This document shows, in pieces, positions 14,232 to 24,456 of a stretch of 64,000 nt of DNA. The position numbers and the translations under genes are program-made. Position 1 is the first letter of the stretch. Every line of letters begins with the position of its first letter. The notes beneath the pieces are model-generated. The model ran no database searches, was not told where the DNA came from, and saw nothing but the letters and a program-made list of their open reading frames with translations. Location of the stretch: positions 1 through 64,000 of the forward strand of contig JBDOQK010000056.1 in assembly GCA_040437565.1 (NCBI GenBank). Direction: 5' to 3'. This DNA comes from Albugo candida (Eukaryota).

Positions 14232-16526
14232 ATGGCGAATACCATTCATCTGGCAATCATTGCAGCGATTTTACTGCTAGCAACAGTCTCAAGAGCGATG
14301 CAAGCGGGCAGCCAAACAGCTGCCGCTGAAGCCGAAAGATCACTCTCACGTATACATTCCCTTTCGCTATATGTACCAACGGGTCCTGTGGCTGAACCTG
14401 GACTTATACCTATACATACAGATAAAGATAATGATGATTTCTTGTTGTCGGATTTGCTGTCAATTGACGTAAGGCAACCTCATAATGCAGTACCTAAAAT
14501 TGAGTATCTATCAAAAGAAGTTTATCACAACCCAGCTAGTGGTAGCTACACACTAAAAAAAGTAGAGGAAAAGCTAATAGGTATCATGAAAGAGAACTAT
14601 CGCTTGGACCAACTCAAAGTCGCTAGACTCGTGAATTGCTTGAGGCACTTTGGTACGGTTTCTCACAATGTACTAGAAGAACAAGCTATTCATTCACTTC
14701 GAAACCTCCCGCCCGGTGTCCCCGACTCGATACCCAGCGCTATCGTGAACATCGTAAAGCCTAATGGTGAAAACTACAACAGAGCTCGAGAAGCAGAAGT
14801 CATCTACATATTGAAATCTTGCCCGTCGGGTACCTCTGAAGAAGCAATCCAACATAGCTTGAACAATGTGAGAAATGATGGCGTTATAACTCCTTCAGTG
14901 CAAGACGCTGCAGCCATTTGCCGATTGAGAAGTCTTCCAAGAGCTGCTGATGATTCGAAAATTGAAAAGATTTTAGAGAAGGTGAGGGATAATGGCGTAG
15001 TATCTCGCTCCGTACTGGAGCAAGAAGCAATATATAGATTGAACAATCTCCCATCAAGCACACCTGTATCGACAATCATGGATATCTTTACAAATAAGTA
15101 TCATGATGTCCAAGTTCATGAAGATTATGGAGAACAAGCCATTTATTTTATCCAAAAGCTCCCGCCCCATATCCCTGTATGGATGCTCAAAAAACTCATG
15201 ACACTCGTGAATTGCGAGGCTAATGAGGAATACTGCAAGAAAGCACGAGAAGTAGAAGTCATCTACATATTGAAAAATTGCTCATCTGGTACCTCTGAAG
15301 AAGCAATCCAACATAGCTTGAACAATGTGAGAAATGATGGCGTTATATCTCCTTCAGTTCAAGACGCTGCAGCCATTTGCCGATTGAGAAGTCTTCCAAG
15401 AGCTGCTGATGATTCGAAAATTGAAAAGATTTTAGAGAAGGTGAGGGATAATGGCGTAGTATCTCGCTCCGTACTGGAGCAAGAAGCAATATATAGATTG
15501 AACAATCTCCCATCAAGCGCACCTGTATCGACAATCATAAATATCTTAACAAGTGTGGAGAAGCGTGACTTTAAATTTGATCGAAATCGTGAAGAAAAGG
15601 CTATCCGTGCAATCCAAATCCTGCCGCCCCATATTCCTGTATGGATGCTCGAAAAAATCATGGCACTCGTGAATTTCGAGGCTAATGATGAATACTACAA
15701 GAGAGCACGAGAAGCAAAAGCGATCTACATATTGAAAGATTGCCCATCTAATACCTCTGAAAAAACAATTGAACAGATTTTGAGCAGTGTGCCGCACAAT
15801 GGCGTTTCGTCTCCTCCAGTGCAAGACGCTGCAGCCATTTGTCGATTAAGAAGTCTCTCAAGAGGGGCTGATGATTCGAAAATTCAAGGGATTCTGGAGA
15901 AGGCGAGGTTTGATGGCGCTATATCTCGCTCCGTACTGGAGCAGAAAGCAATCTATAGATTGAACAATCTCTCCCCAAGTAAACCTATATCGACCATCCT
16001 CGCAATTGTGGATCATCATGTCGAAGTATATAGAAATGATGGAGAACGAGCTATCCATATATTACAAAGTCTCCCGCCAGGTGTCCCTCGATGGATACTG
16101 AGGAAGATAAGGAAGATCGCCAAACGTAATTCCGACAACGAAAAGAAAGCACGAGAAGAAGAAGTCATTTACCTACTGAAAAACTGCCCATTCAATACCT
16201 CTGAAAGAAAAATTAAGCAGAGAATGAAAAGTGTGACATATGATCGCGCTTTGTCTCGCTCAGTAAAAGACGCTGCAGCTATTTGCCGATTCAGAAGTCT
16301 CCGAAGAGGGGCTTGTGAGGATAGAATTGAACATGTTTTGGAGGAGATGGGATATTATGGTGTTGTGCCTCCCTCAATTCTGAAGCAAATAGCATTCTAT
16401 CGATTGTATAGTTTCTCACCAGAAAGACCTGATTGGAAGTTCCTATATATCTTAGAAGATCTGGAGAAGTATGCGATCAACGAGAAACGAAATCTTGCAA
16501 AAAGTGAGGAACCCTTTATGGTATAG
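14232..16526 (+). CDS. Secreted tandem-repeat protein, candidate effector (764 aa; signal peptide, RSLS(R) + acidic stretch, 16 x ~38-aa modules)
   Basis: Intronless ORF. Hydrophobic N-terminus MANTIHLAIIAAILLLATVSRA, then ERSLSR..DKDNDD. 459-nt (153-aa) super-repeat visible in DNA and protein. Confidence 0.9.
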   Translation: MANTIHLAIIAAILLLATVSRAMQAGSQTAAAEAERSLSRIHSLSLYVPTGPVAEPGLIPIHTDKDNDDFLLSDLLSIDVRQPHNAVPKIEYLSKEVYHNPASGSYTLKKVEEKLIGIMKENYRLDQLKVARLVNCLRHFGTVSHNVLEEQAIHSLRNLPPGVPDSIPSAIVNIVKPNGENYNRAREAEVIYILKSCPSGTSEEAIQHSLNNVRNDGVITPSVQDAAAICRLRSLPRAADDSKIEKILEKVRDNGVVSRSVLEQEAIYRLNNLPSSTPVSTIMDIFTNKYHDVQVHEDYGEQAIYFIQKLPPHIPVWMLKKLMTLVNCEANEEYCKKAREVEVIYILKNCSSGTSEEAIQHSLNNVRNDGVISPSVQDAAAICRLRSLPRAADDSKIEKILEKVRDNGVVSRSVLEQEAIYRLNNLPSSAPVSTIINILTSVEKRDFKFDRNREEKAIRAIQILPPHIPVWMLEKIMALVNFEANDEYYKRAREAKAIYILKDCPSNTSEKTIEQILSSVPHNGVSSPPVQDAAAICRLRSLSRGADDSKIQGILEKARFDGAISRSVLEQKAIYRLNNLSPSKPISTILAIVDHHVEVYRNDGERAIHILQSLPPGVPRWILRKIRKIAKRNSDNEKKAREEEVIYLLKNCPFNTSERKIKQRMKSVTYDRALSRSVKDAAAICRFRSLRRGACEDRIEHVLEEMGYYGVVPPSILKQIAFYRLYSFSPERPDWKFLYILEDLEKYAINEKRNLAKSEEPFMV

Positions 16527-17253
16527 TTTTGGAATTGTGAAAGCGAACATCGAACGCTTTTTGAGGAGCTGTCACGTTAGTACAAAGCTCAGCTGAAAAG
16601 CATATACTGCTTGTACCGACGCAAGCAAGCATACGCGTCTTGGAGCTTTCATTTCTTTGAAGTATTTGATTTCCTGAATACAGAACATATCGCTGTTTCT
16701 TTCCAGTAACTGATACGTGCTATGCTTTTAGTGATGCTTCATGCAGTATACGAGGTCCTATGGGTAGATTCCTCCGAGGTCGTGTATGTCGCGACAACGT
16801 GATAACAGCCGCCTCGTCACCAGCTGTCAGTTTCGTTTCGCTGCGCACTAAAGCCATTTTAAAAATGCTTTATCGGCACACGGCACCCGCACGATGCGAT
16901 ATATCCGATGGCATTACAGGCGAAGAACGTTTACGTCGTACAATTCATATGCTCGAAACCACATGGCCAACTCCCTTCGTAACGGGGTGGGGTTGTAGCT
17001 CTGAGATCTTCGACATCCGAAAGCGAGAAGTTGCATCTTCACGCACGACCACGCCCTCCAGAAGTGGGTCACATAGGCGTTTTGCGAGTCACGTGATGCT
17101 AACAAAATGAAATAATTTATTGATATCAAGGATTTTATCTTTTCGGCGTTTCACACGTGATATCAGATTTGTGACGTAAAGTCTGGCTTGAACTGTTATT
17201 TAGTATGGTGTACTACACTACAGCGCGCGTTGAGATGTGTTCTCATATAAAGA

Positions 17254-17359
17254 GACAGTATGTCGATTTATCATTCAAGCGACTTGCACAATCAGTAGCT
17301 TGCGTGGACAGTATGTCGATTTATCATTCAAGCGACTTGCACAATCAGTAGCTTGCGTG
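17254..17359. repeat. Perfect 2 x 53-bp direct tandem duplication
   Basis: gacagtatgtcgatttatcattcaagcgacttgcacaatcagtagcttgcgtg at 17254 and 17307. Confidence 0.9.
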
Positions 17360-17449
17360 TACGTTTCCTCGTACCGTATCTATGTGATAGTTGGTTCGCC
17401 GAATATCTTCATTCAATAATATAGACAAATGTGTTACGCAATGTCCAAT

Positions 17450-18850
17450 CATGGTAGCCTTCTCAACCCTTCGCCGAATAGCTGTGCGCAGATTTCACAT
17501 ACAAAATCTTGGCGGCTTCACCCTACTGAAGTACAAGTAATCCTAAATACTTACATCGTTGATCGTCAACCTCGTTTGCTTTAAATTCTTGAATCGCCAA
17601 TCTTTCTTTTTCGTCAGGGGTCATAATCACATATTTCATACAGAAGTTGATGTCTTTTACCAAATTTTTCTCTTTCTTCACACCATCATGCACTGATCTG
17701 CGAGGAATTACACACGAACTGCACACAATTTCTCCACATGCTTGACAATTCACCTATCTTGAGAGCATGAAAGCGATAATCCAAATAGAGCGTCCTTTCC
17801 GCTCATGTGAGGGGATACAAAGAGCCCTATCCAACAACGGAATTGATGCGAGTCGTTTTGCTAATGCAACGTCTACCAACTTACCAAAAACTTGACATCG
17901 CTGCTCCAAATATGACGTAAGAATGTAAATCTCAATCCGGTATTTTGGTGATAAGGAACGGTCAATCACGATTTCAGTGGATATTGTATTATCCGGGCAA
18001 GGTCGAAAGAGCATCAACTCCAGTTCCTTCCAATCTGTTGGCGATGATGATGCGAATTTAGGTGGTGCACCTTAATTGGATGGATTATCTCAGGATATCC
18101 TCGGCATTAATGTTATTGGATAACAAGTAAATGGCCGATTGGGCGAACTTAAAACTTAAGTTTATATAACACAGTTTTCCATTGAAATTCTGCTTTGAAC
18201 AGCGAGACACATTGAGGAACATAAATCGAGTGGCTTGATTGGAACACCATCGGTGTACCATTTGTACCTTGATGACTTCCAGCGTAACCAACGCACACGA
18301 ATCGTATCGATGCCGCTTATCTGTCGGGGGCATGGCGATTGCTTCCCCTTGTATTGCAAGCTGAGATGTTCCATTTATTTGTGACTGTTGTTTTACCAAT
18401 ATAACTTCTGTCAATCCATTGTGTCTCCATAAAGCGCTGTTCGTCAGGTCACCAGCTCGTCGTCATTGATGGCACGAACTGTGCTCAAAAGCAGCGACAA
18501 TTGCACACGAATTTTCCCTTCTAGTCGATAGTATTGATCTCGCCTCCACTTTCGATAAATTGGCTGAGTTTATACGCAATTCCACTTTGGCACCAGATAC
18601 CTCCATTTATTCTTTCTCGTTCGTGACGCTCCAATGCATCTTGGAGCAATGCTACCGCTTCGTACTCGCCCACTTGAGCGGCTGAAATAATTGGCGATGA
18701 AAAGTTGTATTTCGGTAACGGAAGCGTTTTTGGGTGAGGCTGACGCTGAGGCGGTTTGGATTGGATGGTATTTGATAAGATAATTCTTCCTGAAATCGCA
18801 TTCATATATCTCAAAGGTCCTTGACGGGTGACGGTGGAAGACTGACAATT
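17450..18850 (-). pseudogene. Pseudogene of an oomycete FYVE-finger protein (START-like domain + FYVE family)
   Basis: Fragmented minus frames containing FYVE-like NCQACGEIVCSSC..FC, preceded by PSHERKGRSIW (first CxxC lost). N-terminal fragment PKYNFSSPIISAAQVGEYEAVA. Many stops and frameshifts. Confidence 0.6.
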
Positions 18851-19169
18851 GGTGGAAGTGCTTTCAAAGAATAGATTGTGACATAGAGAAGGATCTAGTC
18901 AGAACATAATATGTCCCAACAGAAGGCGAAGTAGAGCATGCTCGCTCTTTTCACTTAATTCGTCATGATTGGTGTCCCCGTTTCCCATTACGTATTACAT
19001 TTCCCAATCGTACGGTAGAGAAAGTAGCATTGATGAAAACCCAAACTTGCATGTGACTGGGAAAGTTTATGACGATGGAACGAGTTTCTCGTACATTATC
19101 TCGCGAGAAATTTTGCAACTATCGGTGCAGCGGAATGAATGACTGACAATTAACAACACGAACATAAAC

Positions 19170-21671
19170 TTAGGAGGTACCCTTTACGCAACGAAATCCT
19201 ATCGTTGACGATCGATCAACATTTTGGCTCTGCATCAAGAGCCGATTATTTTCTGTCGATCGATATGCTGCTCGATAATACCAATTCGTTTCAAAATCTG
19301 AGGTGAAAGCGCGGTAATCTGAACTTCCGCGGAGTAATAAACTGCATGTTCGCTCATCGCAGTAGCGATCGGTCATTTGCCAAACGTGACCCACAAGATC
19401 TTCAACATTATATCGCAACGATTTCGACAAAGGGTGCTGGCCAACCTTGACGGGAGACACATGGGGACCACCACGTACAACTTTGGGTATTCTAGGCATG
19501 TCCATTGAATTACCCCAAGGATACACGGTGTAAGTGTCCCCGTTTCCCATTACGTATTGCATTTCCCAATCGTACGGTAGTCGCAAGCCATAATATGTTG
19601 CGTAACTTGTCGCGTCCTCGAATGAAATATATACAACTGGGCAGTCTTTAAATCCTGACGGAATTTGCCACTTCGAAATGTTGGTATACATTATTCCTTC
19701 CGACTGTCTGATATATCGATTTGTCCAATGTTTCAGGAATCGGGCCATGACTTTTGGTTGGTAACTGCTTTCCTGCAGAAATGTGCGAAACTGTGCATTT
19801 GTCACGGGATACAAATCCATCCAAAAATCCGTCACATTGATCAATAGAGAGTGGTTTTTTTGTGGACGTGATTCACCAGGGTATTGTACACCTGTACCGT
19901 AAAGGCTTGCATTTGGTATCAGAGTGTTGTCAGGCTCAATCACTACTGTTGAAACATTAAACCACCAAGCAGAACTACCAAGAATGGACTGCATCGGTGA
20001 GGAGCTATAATTTCCAGTTCCTGGCGATTTGCGCTTTGAAATGATATTCTTTTTGGCAGTCATCTTTTGAGGCAGCAATTGACGATCCATGGAGTATTTA
20101 TTGAGAGGCTGGCTTGTCAAATTACGCATCTCCCCTAGAAAGGATTGAAAATTGGAGACAATATCTGTTTTTGAAAGCAGTTCTTCATTTACAACAAGTA
20201 AAGCACCAAACGCATCGCGCTCCACGCGAACCGTTACATATAGCTGATTTGACGCGTTTTGCACCTGCCGCACGTGCAATCTCTTCCCGTGATACACGTC
20301 GTATACGGCAAAGCTCGAATTTTTCCAAGTTGCTGCATCAAACAAAGGAAAATTAAGATCAATATGGTACTTTCCAACTGTTCTGATTCCGATTTCATTA
20401 CAAGGATAATCTTCTTTTGTTGAATTTAGAAGTGTGGACGTCAAAATGGTGTAAAGGATCATTTCTTCAGTTGCGAGAGGAAATTTGGATACTGCTGCTT
20501 GTACCCTCGTCTTCAAGGCGCTTCCTGGGTTTGTGCTGAAGCGAAACAACATGTCGTATGGTTGCCAGAATTCACTAATAGTCAGATTTGAGAAGTGTCG
20601 TAATATTTTGTAGGCTCTTTTGAGTGCTTGGCATTCTCGTTCAGTGTACGGGTTCATGATCCCCCAAACATTATCCCAGATTACATTCCCGACGCCATTA
20701 AAAACTGCTTTTTGTATATCTCTCACCCGATCCAGAGACCATCGCGAGCTCACTTGTACCATATGTCTTGGCTCTAGAAATTTTGAAAGCCAAACAACGA
20801 AAGAATCTGGGCTCCAGTTGTATCCCCAGCTCCCAGAATTGGACGCGAGGTACGGGGGTGGACAACCGCCTTCTGCTGATCCAATTAAGACAGGTGTCTC
20901 TAAGTCTGAAGCGCAACCATAGAAGAAACCTGGGATGCCAAACATCGTATCTCCGTTGAATCCATCTATCTTGGTGTATCGAACGATACCTTTTAGTCTT
21001 GTGACATCATCGGCTTGACTGCGCACAAGATTGGCTGCATCATCTGGTACTCTAGTTGACGAGTCCCAAGGGAGATATGGAACCAAAACACGAATACCTC
21101 GACGATGAAATTCCTGAGTGATTGACTTCAACCCATCCCATCCCATTTCCTCATCAGCAGAAGACATTTGTTGCATAAAATCCCATTGGTTCCGCGAATC
21201 TATGCCAAGATTTGGATACGATGTCCATAATAGAACACTGTCGACATTCCCAAATTGCTTTTCAATAGAAGTGATGAAGCTATCAATGGTAAAAACATTG
21301 TTTTCACGATCAAATAGCTTACGATCACTGAAGAGAACGAATAGTTGGACAAAGCTGGACTGCATCCATTTTGCTTCTGCACGGTTATAAACTGTACAAG
21401 GGTCCAGAGGGTTATATTTATTTCGTTTCAATTCCATGTACTTCCATGATGTCCAATTAGATTTCCAAAACGGTAAATCCTCTAATTCCACGACAGCATT
21501 TGCGACCTGCCAATTATCTGGTTGTGGTTCCCATGATGCAAGACGACGCCAAAAAAGTCCGATCGTTAGCATCGAAAGCAGAAAGCTCCGTGTGCTCATT
21601 ATCAGTAAGCGTTCTGCGTGACTTCTGGAATGAAGGGAAAAAATACTTTGGTCGATCGGTACTGAAGTCAT
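19170..21671 (-). CDS. Secreted FGE-sulfatase (SUMF1-fold) domain protein with N-terminal glycoside-hydrolase-like region; likely start at 21599
   Basis: 833-aa intronless ORF. FGE-fold motifs FWMDLYPVTNAQF, PVVYISFEDA..YA..RLP..EMQY, YPWGN, DLVGHVWQMT, IGFRCV. N-terminal WTSYPNLGID..EFHRRGIRVLVPYLPWD..DGFNGDT. Signal-like MSTRSFLLSMLTIGLFW. Confidence 0.85.
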   Translation of the reverse strand: MTSVPIDQSIFSLHSRSHAERLLIMSTRSFLLSMLTIGLFWRRLASWEPQPDNWQVANAVVELEDLPFWKSNWTSWKYMELKRNKYNPLDPCTVYNRAEAKWMQSSFVQLFVLFSDRKLFDRENNVFTIDSFITSIEKQFGNVDSVLLWTSYPNLGIDSRNQWDFMQQMSSADEEMGWDGLKSITQEFHRRGIRVLVPYLPWDSSTRVPDDAANLVRSQADDVTRLKGIVRYTKIDGFNGDTMFGIPGFFYGCASDLETPVLIGSAEGGCPPPYLASNSGSWGYNWSPDSFVVWLSKFLEPRHMVQVSSRWSLDRVRDIQKAVFNGVGNVIWDNVWGIMNPYTERECQALKRAYKILRHFSNLTISEFWQPYDMLFRFSTNPGSALKTRVQAAVSKFPLATEEMILYTILTSTLLNSTKEDYPCNEIGIRTVGKYHIDLNFPLFDAATWKNSSFAVYDVYHGKRLHVRQVQNASNQLYVTVRVERDAFGALLVVNEELLSKTDIVSNFQSFLGEMRNLTSQPLNKYSMDRQLLPQKMTAKKNIISKRKSPGTGNYSSSPMQSILGSSAWWFNVSTVVIEPDNTLIPNASLYGTGVQYPGESRPQKNHSLLINVTDFWMDLYPVTNAQFRTFLQESSYQPKVMARFLKHWTNRYIRQSEGIMYTNISKWQIPSGFKDCPVVYISFEDATSYATYYGLRLPYDWEMQYVMGNGDTYTVYPWGNSMDMPRIPKVVRGGPHVSPVKVGQHPLSKSLRYNVEDLVGHVWQMTDRYCDERTCSLLLRGSSDYRAFTSDFETNWYYRAAYRSTENNRLLMQSQNVDRSSTIGFRCVKGTS

Positions 21672-22813
21672 TTTGTCGCAGAAACTACGTCAGCCAGTGA
21701 CACGTTCGGAAAGTTTATGCGATAAGTGACGTAGGAAGATATTATTTAGCTAACAGCGTTCAGTGAAGGGAAAGTCATGCAGTGATATCAAAGTACGCTT
21801 CAATGACTGAATATTTTGCTTCACATTTATGTAGTGTTTGGAAGTGTAGCAGCGTGATAGCGTGACAGCGAGTAAGTCAAGTCAAGCTTCTGAATAAATA
21901 TGATCTACTGAATGATGCATAGTTANNNNNNNNNNNNNNNNNNNNNNNNNNNNNNNNNNNNNNNNNNNNNNNNNNNNNNNNNNNNNNNNNNNNNNNNNNN
22001 NNNNNNNNNNNNNNNNNNNNNNNNNTGCTCATTATCAGTAAGCGTTCTGCGTGACTTCTGGAATGAAGGGAAAAAATACTTTGGTCGATCGGTACTGAAG
22101 TCATTTTGTCGCAGAAACTACGTCAGCCAGTGACACGTTCGGAAAGTTTATGCGATAAGTGACGTAGGAAGATATTATTTAGCTAACAGCGTTCAGTGAA
22201 GGGAAAGTCATGCAGTGATATCAAAGTACGCTTCAATGACTGAATATTTTGCTTCACATTTATGTAGTGTTTGGAAGTGTAGCAGCGTGATAGCGTGACA
22301 GCGAGTAAGTCAAGTCAAGCTTCTGAATAAATATGATCTACTGAATGATGCATAGTTATAGCGTTCCAAGAGCGCGAATGCGCCAGGGATTTTGCTACTC
22401 ATGTTTGACAATGGAAATGGAACTCGTTACTCTAATAAAAGATTTGTGTCCATTCGTCGTTGATTTGTTCGAATAATGAAAAATGAGATCGACGGTTATG
22501 TGCGACAAAATATGTCACCAATCGAGCACATTGATAAAGCACTATATATGCGGGATTGCGAGACTGGCAATCGCTGTATTTGGCATCTGAAGCATTCTTC
22601 AACAGCCAGTACTGCTTACAACCAGAGTAGCGTACTTATGCTAATGTTAAGTGCGCTACGTAGAATATGACTCAATTGCTTAAGTTAAAACCTTTGTTTC
22701 GTGGTCACGAAAACTTGATTTCTGTGAAAGGTAACAGCATCGATTCACCTTACTGAATAGCCAAATCGGTTTGGCGTTTGATTGTCAATTGTGGCTACAT
22801 ATCAACAGCAATA

Positions 22814-24211
22814 ATGCAAAAAAGCGAAAAAGAGATAAAGTCAAGTCCATTGTCATACGAGGGTTCGCCTCATTGTGCCACGGAAGTAATGGAGAACACT
22901 ATTACTTCGGGTGCAAAGCGTTCTAGATCGAAATCGGAAGAGACTGCAATGATTTTGACGAGCTTGAGTCAAGCAAATTACGACATCCAAGCTTTGAACC
23001 AATTACGTAAAGCCAAAGGGACCTCCAGTACAGAGGACCAGTGTCATCTCACAGCTCGACAAGGAGATATACGTGGTGAACAGGATACATCTGTATGCAC
23101 CGAAAGTGGACGCTCGAAAAATTCCTTGACAAAGCAGATTTCTTTGGATGAGCTTCGTGCTCATTTTGATCGTCCGATTATCGAAGTTGCAAAAAAGTTT
23201 GGAATCTGCATAACTTTGATGAAAAAAATATGTCGTCGAAACGGAATCAAACGATGGCCGCATCGACAAATTCGATCTTTGACAAAAAGTATCGCCGCTT
23301 TAGAGGCAGCGATGCTGAGTGCAAACGAGACAGAACAAGAGAGATATCAAGACCAAATTATGAATCTTCGTAGGCGTCGTGAATCTGTGATCGCAAATCC
23401 TAATAAATTTTCCATGGCACAGATACTTGGAGACCAACAATACGCAGTGCAAAATAAAGAAGATGCCAGTCGCAGTCGACCGCCATCTCCAATCAGGGCA
23501 GATGGTGCAACTTCGAGTGGATTATCTACTCTTAAATCACGATCGAATCCGGCATCACCGAATTTGTCAAAATTGAATGATGCTGCACAGTGCTCACCGC
23601 TAATCAAACGTCCTAATGGTGCATCCTCATTATGCAACACGATGGCAGGGAAGGTAGCGACTTTGGTGCACTCTGCTCAATACTTGGACGCCAGTGATTC
23701 GTCGAAAGAAGCCTCTAATGAAATCCGTAAACAAAGACATTGTATAGCGAAACAGTCCAAAGGTGGGCGGTGGACAAGCGAGGAGCATGCCGCATTTTTG
23801 GTAGGTATTCGATGTTATGGTAAAGATTGGCGTCGTGTAGCACAGATTGTCAAAACAAGAAATCCCGTACAAACGCGTACTCACGCACAAAAGTACTTGC
23901 TAAAGTTTTCGGGGCGGTATGCCAATGAGCAATCACAAACGTCTCAACTAGAGGCCCAACTCGTATCTCGATCTCTCAACTCGAAGGCTGCAGCCCGCAA
24001 TCAGGCAGTTTCTGACGTTGTGTGCTGTGACGATACGAATTCTAAAAGTAAGAGAATTGTCCAATTCGACCATGGTGCAGGATTGGCTGCTGATCAAACG
24101 AGCGTGTTATTCGACTCTATGAAGAAAGAGCTGGTTGAAGTGGGATCTCCGACAGCGGCTACAGCGTTATGTATGGTGAACACGAGTAACAAAGTCCCAT
24201 GCATTTTGTGA
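22814..24211 (+). CDS. Transcription factor with RWP-RK domain and SHAQKYF-class MYB domain
   Basis: ISLDELRAHFDRPIIEVAKKFGICITLMKKICRRNGIKRWPHRQIRSL (RWP-RK) and GRWTSEEHAAFLVGIRCYGKDWRRVAQIVKTRNPVQTRTHAQKY (MYB). First ATG at 22814. Confidence 0.92.
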   Translation: MQKSEKEIKSSPLSYEGSPHCATEVMENTITSGAKRSRSKSEETAMILTSLSQANYDIQALNQLRKAKGTSSTEDQCHLTARQGDIRGEQDTSVCTESGRSKNSLTKQISLDELRAHFDRPIIEVAKKFGICITLMKKICRRNGIKRWPHRQIRSLTKSIAALEAAMLSANETEQERYQDQIMNLRRRRESVIANPNKFSMAQILGDQQYAVQNKEDASRSRPPSPIRADGATSSGLSTLKSRSNPASPNLSKLNDAAQCSPLIKRPNGASSLCNTMAGKVATLVHSAQYLDASDSSKEASNEIRKQRHCIAKQSKGGRWTSEEHAAFLVGIRCYGKDWRRVAQIVKTRNPVQTRTHAQKYLLKFSGRYANEQSQTSQLEAQLVSRSLNSKAAARNQAVSDVVCCDDTNSKSKRIVQFDHGAGLAADQTSVLFDSMKKELVEVGSPTAATALCMVNTSNKVPCIL

Positions 24212-24456
24212 TGAGATATACCAACGGCTGTAGTGTATATAGTGTGCGGAAGAACTCACAATTGTACTGCGCATGCAATTTTGCTTATAGATAGTTTATT
24301 TGATATGATTATAGCTTAGAAACGAACAGAAGACGCTTGCACGCGGGAAAACAATTGAATACATTATGAGAAACGATAATCAGTGTTGGATCTTTCATAT
24401 TTTTTGATCTACTGCTACCAATCACAAACTCCTTGTTGAAGTGTAACGCAAGGACA

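Noticed and set aside
14232-14700. CHxC/CCG or canonical RXLR-dEER motif in the secreted repeat protein
   Set aside because: No CxxCxxxxxG near the signal peptide (only NCLRHFG at ~aa 135) and only a degenerate RSLS; not called as a known effector class.
14804-16058. Repeated antisense ORFs within the repeat gene, and similar short shadow ORFs elsewhere
   Set aside because: By-products of the sense-strand repeats and codon usage; no independent evidence.
16760-17129. 116-aa and 71-aa ORFs downstream of the repeat gene
   Set aside because: No recognisable motif; lengths compatible with chance.
21593-22358. Second copy of the FGE gene start and promoter
   Set aside because: Identical overlap around an N gap.
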